This document shows, piece by piece, positions 1 to 8,144 of a stretch of DNA of 64,000 bases. Position numbers and translations under genes: made by a program. How positions within the stretch are numbered: the first letter of the stretch is position 1; each line of letters starts with the position of its first letter. The notes below the pieces were generated by a model. That model did no database searches and was not told where the DNA came from. It saw only the letters and a list, made by a program, of their open reading frames with translations. The stretch is from Phreatobacter sp. (GTDB lineage: Bacteria > Pseudomonadota > Alphaproteobacteria > Rhizobiales > Phreatobacteraceae), in assembly GCF_022843985.1 (NCBI RefSeq), contig NZ_JALHMP010000012.1:35471-99470 (forward strand). Reading direction: 5' to 3'.

Positions 1-230
1 GGGCCGACGACCTGCCGTCCTTCGACGTCGGCATGACCGTGACGCCATGCCCGTCCAACCCGCTCGGCATCAAGGGCTGCGGTGAGGCGGGCGCCATCGC
101 CGCACCCGCCGCCGTCATCAACGCGCTGACCGATGCGCTGGGAACCGAGGAGGTGCCGATGCCGGCGACGCCCCAGGCCCTGTGGACGGTCATCCAGAAA
201 CAGTCCCGTGCCGCGATCGCGGCCGAGTAA
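1..230 (+). CDS. coxL: C-terminal fragment of xanthine dehydrogenase/CO dehydrogenase-like molybdopterin large subunit (partial, runs off the window)
   Basis: Frame is open from base 3 ([47 protein letters not shown]). The NPLGxKGxGEAG...PAAVINA motif is the typical C-terminus of XdhA/CoxL proteins. Confidence 0.85.
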   Translation, partial: ADDLPSFDVGMTVTPCPSNPLGIKGCGEAGAIAAPAAVINALTDALGTEEVPMPATPQALWTVIQKQSRAAIAAE

Positions 231-248
231 GGTTCGAAAGAGGTCATC

Positions 249-1046
249 ATGTATCCTTTCAAGTACCAGAAGGCCGCCACCGTCCGCGGTGCCGTCTCGC
301 TCCTCGGCAAGGCCGAGGATCCCAAGCTGCTGGCCGGCGGTCACACGCTGATCCCCACCATGAAGCAGCGGCTCGCCAGCCCGAAGACCCTGATCGACCT
401 GTCGGGTGCCGGCCTGTCGGGCATCGAGCAGAAAGGCCGCAACATCGTCATCGGCGCGATGACCACCCATGCGGAGGTCGCCGCGTCGCCGGTCGTCCAG
501 CAGGCGATCCCGGCGCTCGCCCGGCTGGCCGCCCATATCGGCGACCCCCATGTCCGCCATCGCGGCACGATCGGCGGTTCGGTCGCCAACAATGACCCGG
601 CGGCCGACTATCCCGCGGCGCTGATGGCGCTGGGGGCGACTGTCCACACGAGCAAGCGCAAGATCCCGGCCGAGGAATTCTTCGCCGGAATGTTCGCGAC
701 CGCCCTCGACGAGGACGAGGTGATCACCAAGATCGCCTTCCCGGTGCCGGGCAAGGCCGCCTATGTGAAGTTCCCCAATCCGGCCTCGCGCTACGCCATC
801 GTCGGCGTCTTCGTCGCCAAGAAGGGCAGCCAGGTGAAGGTCGCCGTCACCGGCGCCGGATCGGGCGGCGTCTTCCGCCACACGGCGATGGAGGAGGCGC
901 TGGCCAAGCGCTTCAACCCGAAATCGCTGGAGGGTGTCGCGACGCCCGCCGCCGATCTCAACGGTGACATCCACGCCTCGGCGGACTACCGCGCCCATCT
1001 GGTCGGCGTCATCGCCAAGCGCGCCGTTGCTGCCGCCATGGCCTGA
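249..1046 (+). CDS. coxM: FAD-binding medium subunit, CoxM/CutM family
   Basis: LAGGHTLIP and RHRGTIGGSVANNDPAAD FAD-binding motifs; RBS-like GAGG upstream. Confidence 0.92.
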   Translation: MYPFKYQKAATVRGAVSLLGKAEDPKLLAGGHTLIPTMKQRLASPKTLIDLSGAGLSGIEQKGRNIVIGAMTTHAEVAASPVVQQAIPALARLAAHIGDPHVRHRGTIGGSVANNDPAADYPAALMALGATVHTSKRKIPAEEFFAGMFATALDEDEVITKIAFPVPGKAAYVKFPNPASRYAIVGVFVAKKGSQVKVAVTGAGSGGVFRHTAMEEALAKRFNPKSLEGVATPAADLNGDIHASADYRAHLVGVIAKRAVAAAMA

Positions 1047-1070
1047 GCACGCGAGTCGTCACGATCACGC

Positions 1071-1107
1071 GGAGGGCCGGGCGCGAAAGCACCGGCCCTT
1101 CGCCTTT
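1071..1107. terminator. Intrinsic terminator hairpin between convergent coxM and the hypothetical gene
   Basis: Stem GAGGGCCGG / CCGGCCCTTC with a GCGCGAAAGCA loop, followed by CGCCTTT. Confidence 0.6.
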
Positions 1108-1139
1108 ACCGGCTCCGGTTTCCTTCCGCTGTCGTCGGC

Positions 1140-1517
1140 TCAGCCGGCATCCGGCGCGATTCGACGGACCTGCAGAACCTCGATCATCTCGTCGTTCTTG
1201 CGATAGGACACGCAGCGCAGCGATCCGAGCGGACCGGGAATCTGCGGGTCGTGGGCGTGGTTGTGCTCCAGAAGCTGCAGGCACTGCTCGGGACGCTCGA
1301 CCACCCGCAGGGTGCGCCAGCCGCGCGACAGTTCCGGGTTGGCGGTGATGTATTCGAGGCGGACGAGATCGGGGCGCTTCGGGTCGATCATGCGGCGGAC
1401 GCTGCCGGTCATGACCGAAGCCTCGCCCGGGAAGAACACGAACAGACCGATCACCATGCCACCAAAGGCGACAAGCATCGTGATCAGGGTCGTGTTGTTG
1501 CGCATATGCGGGCCCAT
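1140..1517 (-). CDS. Hypothetical protein with an N-terminal membrane anchor (start uncertain: 1526, 1517 or 1505)
   Basis: Only non-shadow ORF filling the gap; hydrophobic LITMLVAFGGMVIGLFVFF followed by a soluble region with two Cys. Confidence 0.65.
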   Translation of the reverse strand: MGPHMRNNTTLITMLVAFGGMVIGLFVFFPGEASVMTGSVRRMIDPKRPDLVRLEYITANPELSRGWRTLRVVERPEQCLQLLEHNHAHDPQIPGPLGSLRCVSYRKNDEMIEVLQVRRIAPDAG

Positions 1518-1605
1518 GGCTGACACGGGACGTGACAGCCAAGTCAGCTAACAGATGAATGTTAATGAAAATTCGAATCGAAATCGCAAAAACAGAGACA
1601 CGGGC

Positions 1606-1632
1606 GGAACGCCGCGTTTTTTCGGTGGTTTT
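1606..1632 (+). promoter_or_regulatory. Possible EcfG/RpoE2-type general-stress promoter
   Basis: GGAAC-N18-TT (GGAAC gccgcgttttttcggtgg TT) about 90 bp upstream of the DUF3108 start. Confidence 0.3.
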
Positions 1633-1719
1633 TTCCGTCATGCCGCAAAATCGCCCCATCCCGCCGCAATCACTGATGTCAGGGAGGCGCCCCGATCCGG
1701 TCCTCTCGGAGGCCCGCGC

Positions 1720-2559
1720 ATGAAATCCCCCCTTGCCGTCCTCGCCGCCGCGCTCCTCTCCCTCGGCGCCGCGCCGGCGGCCGCTCAGGTGCCGGGTCAG
1801 GTGCCGGGTCAGGTGTCGGCCGATTATGCGGTGAGCTTTCTCGGGCTTCCGATCGGCCGCGGCACGATGGTCTCGACGTCGGACGGGAGGACCTACCGGA
1901 CCACGCTCGAGGCGCGCGTTACCGGCATGGCGGCCATCTTCGCCGGCGGCTCGGGCACCGCCACCTCCGTCGGCCAGATCCGCGGCAACGGTCCAGTGCC
2001 CTCCAGCTTCACCGTGGAGATCCGCTCGGGTGGCAAGGTCGAGACGATGCGCATGGCCATGGCCGGGGGCAATGTCACCGGCGTCACCCGTGACCCGGAC
2101 AAGCCGCCGCATCCGCGCGCCACTCCTGTCCTGCCCGAGCACCTGCGCGGTGTGCTCGACCCGCTTTCCGCCGGTATCTTCGTTGCCGGCGGGACGGGCC
2201 CCGTCGCGGGGGCCGCGGCCTGCCAGCGCCGCACGCCGGTTTATGGCGGACGCGAGCGCTTCGACCTCATCTATTCCTTCGTCGAGACCCGGCAGGTGGA
2301 GATCGGCGGCTACAGGGGCGAGGCTGCGGTCTGCCGCGTGCGGTTCGAGCCGATCGCCGGCTACAGGCCCGACCGAAATGACATCCGGAACGCGCGGCAA
2401 CGCTCCGCCGAGGTGATCCTCGTTCCGGTGCGCGGCACGCGGAACCTGCTGCCGGCGAAGATCACCCTGGCGACCGGCTATGGCACCGGCATCGCCCTGG
2501 CGACGCGGCTGGCGCTCGATCCGGGCCCGCCGACGGCACGGCGCGCCTCCGCGGATTGA
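1720..2559 (+). CDS. DUF3108-family exported protein
   Basis: GGAGG RBS before ATG 1720; signal peptide MKSPLAVLAAALLSLGAAPAAA; DPLSA...C...Y.GRERFD...C.VRF.PIAG pattern of DUF3108. Confidence 0.8.
   Translation: MKSPLAVLAAALLSLGAAPAAAQVPGQVPGQVSADYAVSFLGLPIGRGTMVSTSDGRTYRTTLEARVTGMAAIFAGGSGTATSVGQIRGNGPVPSSFTVEIRSGGKVETMRMAMAGGNVTGVTRDPDKPPHPRATPVLPEHLRGVLDPLSAGIFVAGGTGPVAGAAACQRRTPVYGGRERFDLIYSFVETRQVEIGGYRGEAAVCRVRFEPIAGYRPDRNDIRNARQRSAEVILVPVRGTRNLLPAKITLATGYGTGIALATRLALDPGPPTARRASAD
1786..1821 (+). repeat. 12-bp in-frame tandem repeat (QVPG x2 + QVSA)
   Basis: caggtgccgggt caggtgccgggt caggtgtcggcc. Confidence 0.9.
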
Positions 2560-2615
2560 GGTTCTCGGCGGCATGCCGGCTGCGCTATGGTTCGCCATCC
2601 AGCCGGAGTGCCTTC

Positions 2616-3533
2616 GTGACATCTGCCCTGCCCACTGCGCTTCCCACCTCCATCGACGCGACGCTCTCGTTGCTGCGACAAGGCGACTATGTCGCCGACC
2701 GGTCGCTGGCGACTGTTCTGTTCCTGGCGCTGAAAATGGGGCGCCCGCTGCTGTTGGAGGGGGAGGCGGGTGTCGGCAAGACCGAAATCGCCAAGGTTCT
2801 CGCCGCAGCCCTCGGGCGCAACCTGATCCGCCTCCAGTGCTACGAGGGGCTCGACGTCTCGGCTGCGGTCTATGAATGGAACTATGCGGCGCAGATGATC
2901 ACCATCCGCCTCGCCGAGGCGGAAGGGACGGTGGACCGCGAGGCGCTCGCCTCGGGCATCTTCTCCGAGCGGTTCCTGGTGAAGCGGCCGCTGCTCCAGG
3001 CGCTCGAACCGGACCTGCGCGGCCCGCCCGTCCTGCTCATCGACGAACTCGACCGTACCGACGAGGCCTTCGAGGCCTTCCTGCTGGAGGTGTTGTCGGA
3101 TTTCCAGGTGACCGTGCCCGAACTCGGCACGATCAAGGCACCGGCGCCGCCCATCGTCATCGTCACCTCCAACCGGACCCGCGAGATCCACGACGCATTG
3201 AAGCGCCGTTGCCTCTATCATTGGGTCGATTACCCCGACGCCGCCCGCGAACTCGCCATCCTCAAGGCCAAGGCACCGGGCGCGCCGGAGCGGCTGACCA
3301 GGGAGATCGTCGCCTTCGTCCAGCGCCTGCGGAAATCCGACCTGTTCAAGGTGCCGGGCGTCGCCGAGACCATCGACTGGGCGACAGCGCTGACCGAACT
3401 CGACGCCGTCGGGCTCGACCCGCAGGGCGTCACCGACACGCTCGGCGTCCTGCTGAAATACCAGGACGACATCCAGAAGATGCAGGGCGGCGAGGCCAAG
3501 GCCATCCTCGACGAGGTGAAGGCGGGACGCTGA
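2616..3533 (+). CDS. coxD: MoxR-family AAA+ ATPase (CoxD-like)
   Basis: Walker A GEAGVGKT, RLQCYEGLD, Walker B LLIDELDR, ALKRRC; likely GTG start at 2616. Confidence 0.9.
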   Translation: MTSALPTALPTSIDATLSLLRQGDYVADRSLATVLFLALKMGRPLLLEGEAGVGKTEIAKVLAAALGRNLIRLQCYEGLDVSAAVYEWNYAAQMITIRLAEAEGTVDREALASGIFSERFLVKRPLLQALEPDLRGPPVLLIDELDRTDEAFEAFLLEVLSDFQVTVPELGTIKAPAPPIVIVTSNRTREIHDALKRRCLYHWVDYPDAARELAILKAKAPGAPERLTREIVAFVQRLRKSDLFKVPGVAETIDWATALTELDAVGLDPQGVTDTLGVLLKYQDDIQKMQGGEAKAILDEVKAGR

Positions 3534-3538
3534 TTTCC

Positions 3539-3865
3539 ATGGTTCCGCTCGCCCTCGTCACCGATCCGGGCCGCCGGCCCTGGCTGAAGGCCTTTGTCAT
3601 CGGCGCGGCACTGCTCCTCGCCCCACTGGTCTGGTGGACGGTGCTGGCGCTTGCCGGGACGCGCGTGCCGGCCCCGGTGGCCTGCGGCCTGTCGACGGCG
3701 CTGATCCTCGTCGCGGTGCTGGCGATCGCGCCGCTGCCCGAGATGGCGGTGCTCGGGCTGCTGCAATGGCTGACCATGTTGCGGAGCGGCTTGCCCCGCG
3801 CCGTCTACAATGCGGGATCGCTCGCCCTTTCGCCGGTCTTCGCCGCCCTCTTGAGGCCGGCCTGA
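3539..3865 (+). CDS. Small integral-membrane hypothetical protein (108 aa)
   Basis: ATG 5 bp after the coxD stop; its TGA overlaps the next ATG (TGATG); about 3 hydrophobic segments. Confidence 0.65.
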   Translation: MVPLALVTDPGRRPWLKAFVIGAALLLAPLVWWTVLALAGTRVPAPVACGLSTALILVAVLAIAPLPEMAVLGLLQWLTMLRSGLPRAVYNAGSLALSPVFAALLRPA

Positions 3866-5055
3866 TGGCGAACGCGCTGGCCGAGAACATCGCCCATTTC
3901 GCCCGGGCGCTGCGCATCGCCGGGCTCCCCGTCGGTCCCGGCACGGTGCTCGATGCGGTGGCGGCGGTGGAGGCGGCCGGCATCGGCTCGCGCGAGGACT
4001 TCTACTGGACGCTGCATGCGGTCTTCGTGACGAAGCACGAGCATTCGCTGCTGTTCCGCACCGCCTTCGAGATCTTCTGGAAAAAGCGTCACCTGATGGA
4101 GAAACTGCTCTCCATTCTCATGCCGGTGGCGCCCGCCGCCCCGGGCAAGCCCGATCCGGTGTCGTTGCGCCTTCAGGAGGCCTTCTTCAAGCAGGCCGAG
4201 AGCGTGCCGGTGGAAAAGCCGGAGATCGAGGTCGATGCGAGCCTCACGGTTTCCGACATCGAGGTGCTGCAGAAGAAGGACTTCGCGCAGATGACCGCCG
4301 CCGAGATCGCCGAGGCCAACCGCAAGGTGGCGGCCCTGGTGCTTCCGGACGATGCCGTTGTGACGCGCCGCCTGGCGCCCGATCCCCGCGGACGGCGGAT
4401 CGACCTCAGGCGCACCCTGCGCCGTTCGATCGGGGAGGGGGGCGGCATCATCGACCTGGCCCGCCGCGGCCCGAAGACGAAGCATCCGCCGCTGGTCGTG
4501 CTCTGCGACATTTCCGGGTCGATGAACCAGTATACCCGGGTGATCCTGCATTTCGTCCACGCCCTGATGGACAACCGCCGCAACGTCCATGCCTTCACCT
4601 TCGGCACGCGGCTGACCAACATCACCCGGATGCTGAAGGCGAAGGACCCGGACGAGGCGCTGGCCGCGTGCTCGGCGGCGGTCGAGGACTGGTCGGGCGG
4701 CACCCGCATTGCGCCCTCGCTCGCCGCCTTCAACAAGGTCTGGTCGCGACGGGTGCTGTCCGGCGGGGCGGTGGTGCTGCTGGTGACCGATGGGCTCGAG
4801 CGCGACGGCACGGCCGATCTCGCCCGCGCCGCCGACCGGCTGCATCGCTCCTGCCGCCGGCTCGTCTGGCTCAACCCGCTGCTGCGCTTTGACGGGTTCG
4901 AGGCCCGCGCCCAGGGGATCCGGGCGCTGCTGCCCCATGTCGACGAGTTCCGCACCATCCACAATGTCGCGGCAGTGGCGGAACTCGTGGCTGCGCTGGA
5001 CGCCCGCCGGCCGGACCAGGCGCATGATCCGCGGCGCTGGTTGAAGGGTCTTTGA
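3865..5055 (+). CDS. coxE: VWA domain protein, CoxE-like
   Basis: MIDAS DISGSM, FTFGTRLTNIT, WSGGTRI, TDGLER, WLNPLL. Confidence 0.9.
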   Translation: MANALAENIAHFARALRIAGLPVGPGTVLDAVAAVEAAGIGSREDFYWTLHAVFVTKHEHSLLFRTAFEIFWKKRHLMEKLLSILMPVAPAAPGKPDPVSLRLQEAFFKQAESVPVEKPEIEVDASLTVSDIEVLQKKDFAQMTAAEIAEANRKVAALVLPDDAVVTRRLAPDPRGRRIDLRRTLRRSIGEGGGIIDLARRGPKTKHPPLVVLCDISGSMNQYTRVILHFVHALMDNRRNVHAFTFGTRLTNITRMLKAKDPDEALAACSAAVEDWSGGTRIAPSLAAFNKVWSRRVLSGGAVVLLVTDGLERDGTADLARAADRLHRSCRRLVWLNPLLRFDGFEARAQGIRALLPHVDEFRTIHNVAAVAELVAALDARRPDQAHDPRRWLKGL

Positions 5056-5160
5056 GGGTAGGGTCTTGCCGCAAAGGACGCATGGCGAGCCTGCCCTTGC
5101 GTCGCGCCGCCGTTCATCCGATGTCTTGGAACACAGGGAAACTGTTCGAGGAGATCTGCC

Positions 5161-5484
5161 ATGCTCTCGACCGACGACGACATTCTCGGACAGGCGGAAG
5201 CCTGGGCGAAGGCCGGAAAGGGAGTGGCGGTGGCGACCGTGGTCGAGACCTGGGGCTCGGCCCCGCGCCCGGTCGGCTCGCATCTCGTCATCGACGAGGA
5301 CGGCAGCTTCCTCGGCTCGGTCTCCGGCGGCTGCGTCGAGGGTGAGGTTGTCACCGAGGCGCTGGACGTGATCGGTACAGGACAAGCCAAACTGCTGGAA
5401 TTCGGCGTTGCCGACGAGACGGCGTGGCGGGCGGGCCTGTCCTGCGGCGGGCGGATCGCCGTCTATGTCGAGAAGGTCGGCTGA
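5161..5484 (+). CDS. XdhC/CoxI family protein, N-terminal half
   Basis: ATVVETWGSAPRPVGS...GSVSGGCVEG...GLSCGG; GAGGAG RBS. Confidence 0.9.
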   Translation: MLSTDDDILGQAEAWAKAGKGVAVATVVETWGSAPRPVGSHLVIDEDGSFLGSVSGGCVEGEVVTEALDVIGTGQAKLLEFGVADETAWRAGLSCGGRIAVYVEKVG

Positions 5485-6161
5485 TGCGACTCGCACTCCT
5501 CTCGGCGCTCAACGCGGCGCGTTCCGACAGGCGCGCCGCTGTCCTCGTCACCGATCTCGACGGCGGTGCGGCCCGTCTCGTCACCGCGGAGACCCTCGCC
5601 GGCGATCCGCTGGAGGAGGCGATCCGGACGGCCCTGCGCACCGGCCGCAGCGGCGTCGTGGAGGGCACGCGCGCCTTCCTGACCGTCCAGGTGCCGCCGG
5701 CACGGATGGTCATAATCGGCGCCGTCCATATCAGCCAGGCGCTGGTGCCGATGGCGCGGATGATCGGCTATGATCCCGTCATCGTCGATCCGCGCACCGC
5801 CTTCGCCACGCCCGAGCGCTTTCCCGGCGTCACGCTGCTGGCGCAATGGCCGGACGAGGCGCTGCCGGGCCTCAAGGTCGACCGCTACACCGCCTTCATC
5901 GCGCTGACCCACGATCCGAAGATCGACGATCCCGCGCTGATGCACGCCTTCGAGAAGAACTGCTTCTATATCGGCGCGCTGGGCTCGCGGAAGACCCATG
6001 CCCGGCGCATCGAGCGGCTGGGCGCCAATGGCGCGCCGCCGGAGGCGCTGGCCCGCATCAAGGCGCCGGTCGGCCTCGCCATCGGTGCCATCACCCCGGC
6101 GGAGATCGCCGTGTCGATCCTCGCCGAGGTGACGCAGGCCTGGCGGCAGGGCATCGCGTGA
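5484..6161 (+). CDS. XdhC family protein, C-terminal Rossmann half
   Basis: IIGAVHISQAL, LTHDPKIDD, YIGALGSRKTH, PVGLAIGAITPAEIAVSI; TGATG coupling to the upstream gene. Confidence 0.9.
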   Translation: MRLALLSALNAARSDRRAAVLVTDLDGGAARLVTAETLAGDPLEEAIRTALRTGRSGVVEGTRAFLTVQVPPARMVIIGAVHISQALVPMARMIGYDPVIVDPRTAFATPERFPGVTLLAQWPDEALPGLKVDRYTAFIALTHDPKIDDPALMHAFEKNCFYIGALGSRKTHARRIERLGANGAPPEALARIKAPVGLAIGAITPAEIAVSILAEVTQAWRQGIA

Positions 6162-6194
6162 GATCGGCCTGGGGGCGCGGCTAGGAGACGGCAG

Positions 6195-7802
6195 ATGCGG
6201 TTCGGTCCCGTGCCCTTGGACGACGCGCTGGGCGGCATCGTCGCCCATGCCGTGCGCCGGGACGGCCTGCTCCTCAAGAAGGGGACCCGCATCGGGGCGG
6301 CGGAGATCGCGGCGCTGGCCGCTGCCGGTCTCGACAGCGTGACCGTGGCGATGGCCGAGCCGGGCGATGTCGGCGAGGACGAGGCGGCCGCCCGGATCGC
6401 AGCGGCGGTGGCCGGTGCCGGTCTGCGCATCGACCCGGCCTTTACCGGACGGGCCAATCTCTTCGCGGCGGCGGCTGGCGTCCTCGTGGTTGCCCAGGCC
6501 GGAATCGACGGGATCAACCGCATCGACGAGGCCATCACTTTCGCGACCCTGCCGGCCTTCGCCGCCGTCGAGGCCGGCGAGATGGTGGCGACCGTCAAAA
6601 TCATCCCCTATGCGGTGGCGGGCGCCCGCGTCGCCGAGGCGGTCGCCGCCGGCCCACTGGTGCGCGTCGCGCCCTTCGTCCGGCGCCGTATCGCAGTGAT
6701 CTCGACCCTCCTGCCGGGACTGGCCGACAAGGTCGTCGACAAGACTCTCCGGGTCACAGCCGACCGTCTGGCGCCAGCCGGCGCCCAGATCGTCGCCGAC
6801 CGGCGCATTCCCCATGATCCCGCGGCGCTGGCGGCGGTGATCGCCGAAGTCCGGCCGCTGGCCGATCTGATCCTCGTCTTCGGGGCCTCCGCCATCGCCG
6901 ACCGCCGCGACGTCATTCCCGCGGCGCTCGAGGCGGCCGGCGGCCATGTCGAGCATCTCGGCATGCCGGTCGATCCCGGCAACCTCCTGATGATCGGCGC
7001 GCTCGACGGCGTCCCGGTCATCGGCGCGCCGGGCTGCGCCCGCTCGCCGAAGGAGAACGGCTTCGACTGGGTGCTGATGCGGCTTCTCGCCGGCCTGGCG
7101 GTGACCAAGCAGGACGTGACCGGCATGGGGGTGGGAGGCTTGCTCATGGAGATCGTGTCGCGACCGCAGCCGCGGGCGGGAGACGTCGAGGATTCCCCGG
7201 CGCCGCGCATCGCCGCCATCGTTCTGGCGGCCGGGCGGTCGACGCGCATGGGTGGACCGAACAAACTCCTCGCCGAAATCGGCGGCAAGCCGCTGGTGCG
7301 TCATGCCGTAGAGGCGGCGTCCGGGGCGGGGCCGGCCGATATTCTGGTCGTCACCGGCCATCAGGAGGCGGCCGTGCGCGCGGCATTGTCAGGCCTTCCC
7401 GTGCGCTTCGTCCACAATCCCGACTTCGCCGCCGGGCTGTCCACCTCCCTCAAGGCGGGGATCGCGGCGCTTGGCGAGGCGATCGACGGGGTCGTGGTGC
7501 TGCTCGGCGACATGCCGCGCATCTCGCCTGCGCTGGTTGCAAGGCTCGCCGCGGCCTTCGCCCCCGAGGAGGGCCGCCACATCGTCGTACCGGTGGCGGA
7601 CGGGCGCCGCGGGAATCCGGTCCTGTGGGGGCGCCGCTTCTTCCCCGAACTGACGCGCGTCACCGGCGACCAGGGCGGGCGGGCGGTGCTGGCCGGTGCG
7701 CCCGAGGCCATTGCCGAGGTGCCGGCGGAGGAGGACGACGTCCATCTCGACCTCGATACGCCCGATGCGCTGGCGGCCGCAGGCGGGCGGCCGGCGCCTT
7801 AA
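6195..7802 (+). CDS. Molybdopterin-binding (MoeA-like) plus MocA-like nucleotidyltransferase fusion
   Basis: N-terminal GMPVDPGNLL / GAPGCARSPKENGFDW; C-terminal LAAGRSTRMGGPNKLL, LGDMP, GNPVLW, GDQGGR, DLDTPD. Confidence 0.88.
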   Translation: MRFGPVPLDDALGGIVAHAVRRDGLLLKKGTRIGAAEIAALAAAGLDSVTVAMAEPGDVGEDEAAARIAAAVAGAGLRIDPAFTGRANLFAAAAGVLVVAQAGIDGINRIDEAITFATLPAFAAVEAGEMVATVKIIPYAVAGARVAEAVAAGPLVRVAPFVRRRIAVISTLLPGLADKVVDKTLRVTADRLAPAGAQIVADRRIPHDPAALAAVIAEVRPLADLILVFGASAIADRRDVIPAALEAAGGHVEHLGMPVDPGNLLMIGALDGVPVIGAPGCARSPKENGFDWVLMRLLAGLAVTKQDVTGMGVGGLLMEIVSRPQPRAGDVEDSPAPRIAAIVLAAGRSTRMGGPNKLLAEIGGKPLVRHAVEAASGAGPADILVVTGHQEAAVRAALSGLPVRFVHNPDFAAGLSTSLKAGIAALGEAIDGVVVLLGDMPRISPALVARLAAAFAPEEGRHIVVPVADGRRGNPVLWGRRFFPELTRVTGDQGGRAVLAGAPEAIAEVPAEEDDVHLDLDTPDALAAAGGRPAP

Positions 7803-7831
7803 CCAAGCTGAATGCCACGCGGCGATTTTGA

Positions 7832-7864
7832 CAAAAAAATCCCCGGGTCGTTGCCGGCCCGGGG
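7832..7864 (-). terminator. Intrinsic terminator with its U-tract on the minus strand
   Basis: Minus strand reads CCCCGGG-ccggcaacga-CCCGGGG-ATTTTTTT. Confidence 0.7.
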
Positions 7865-7965
7865 CGTCAGATGGTCATCTCCGTGGACGCGGAGTGGTTG
7901 ATCCCGTCTATCTGCCTATCTGCTGGGCAGCACAATCAGGACCGCATCTTTACCCTACCTGTTGA
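7832..7965 (-). ncRNA. Candidate small RNA (family not recognised)
   Basis: Orphan minus-strand terminator with no minus-strand CDS upstream; small hairpins (TGCT-GCCC-AGCA, CTCCG-N6-CGGAG). The 5' end is a guess. Confidence 0.4.
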
Positions 7966-8056
7966 CCTTAACCCGTTGCGCCGGATTTCCCGCCAATTGT
8001 CGGCATTGGCCAGCGGCCTCCGCGACGGCGCCTCCCGGGCGCCGAAACCGGCCGCG

Positions 8057-8094
8057 GTCATCGTCGGGTCATGGTGGTTTCACCCGGACGTCAT
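8057..8094 (+). promoter_or_regulatory. Pho-box-like array (PhoB site)
   Basis: GTCAT(8057), GTCAT(8068), TTCAC(8079), GTCAT(8090): exact 11-bp period, about 50 bp upstream of btaA. Confidence 0.7.
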
Positions 8095-8144
8095 CCCACC
8101 CTCCTACCTCCGTCCCCAGACTCCTCGAATCGGGATGAGACGGC

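Noticed and set aside
1548-1565. CTAA-N10-TTAA (and TTAA-N10-TTAA at 34052-34069) as CtrA boxes
   Set aside because: The spacer is 10 rather than 7; at most half-sites.
5161-6161. Split XdhC as a possible frameshifted pseudogene
   Set aside because: Both halves have clean start/stop codons with TGATG coupling and intact motifs; the two-gene form is a normal arrangement.
7936-8061. 41-codon minus-strand ORF (MTAAGFGARE...) as the source of the orphan terminator
   Set aside because: No RBS, it overlaps the Pho-box region, and its composition is unremarkable.
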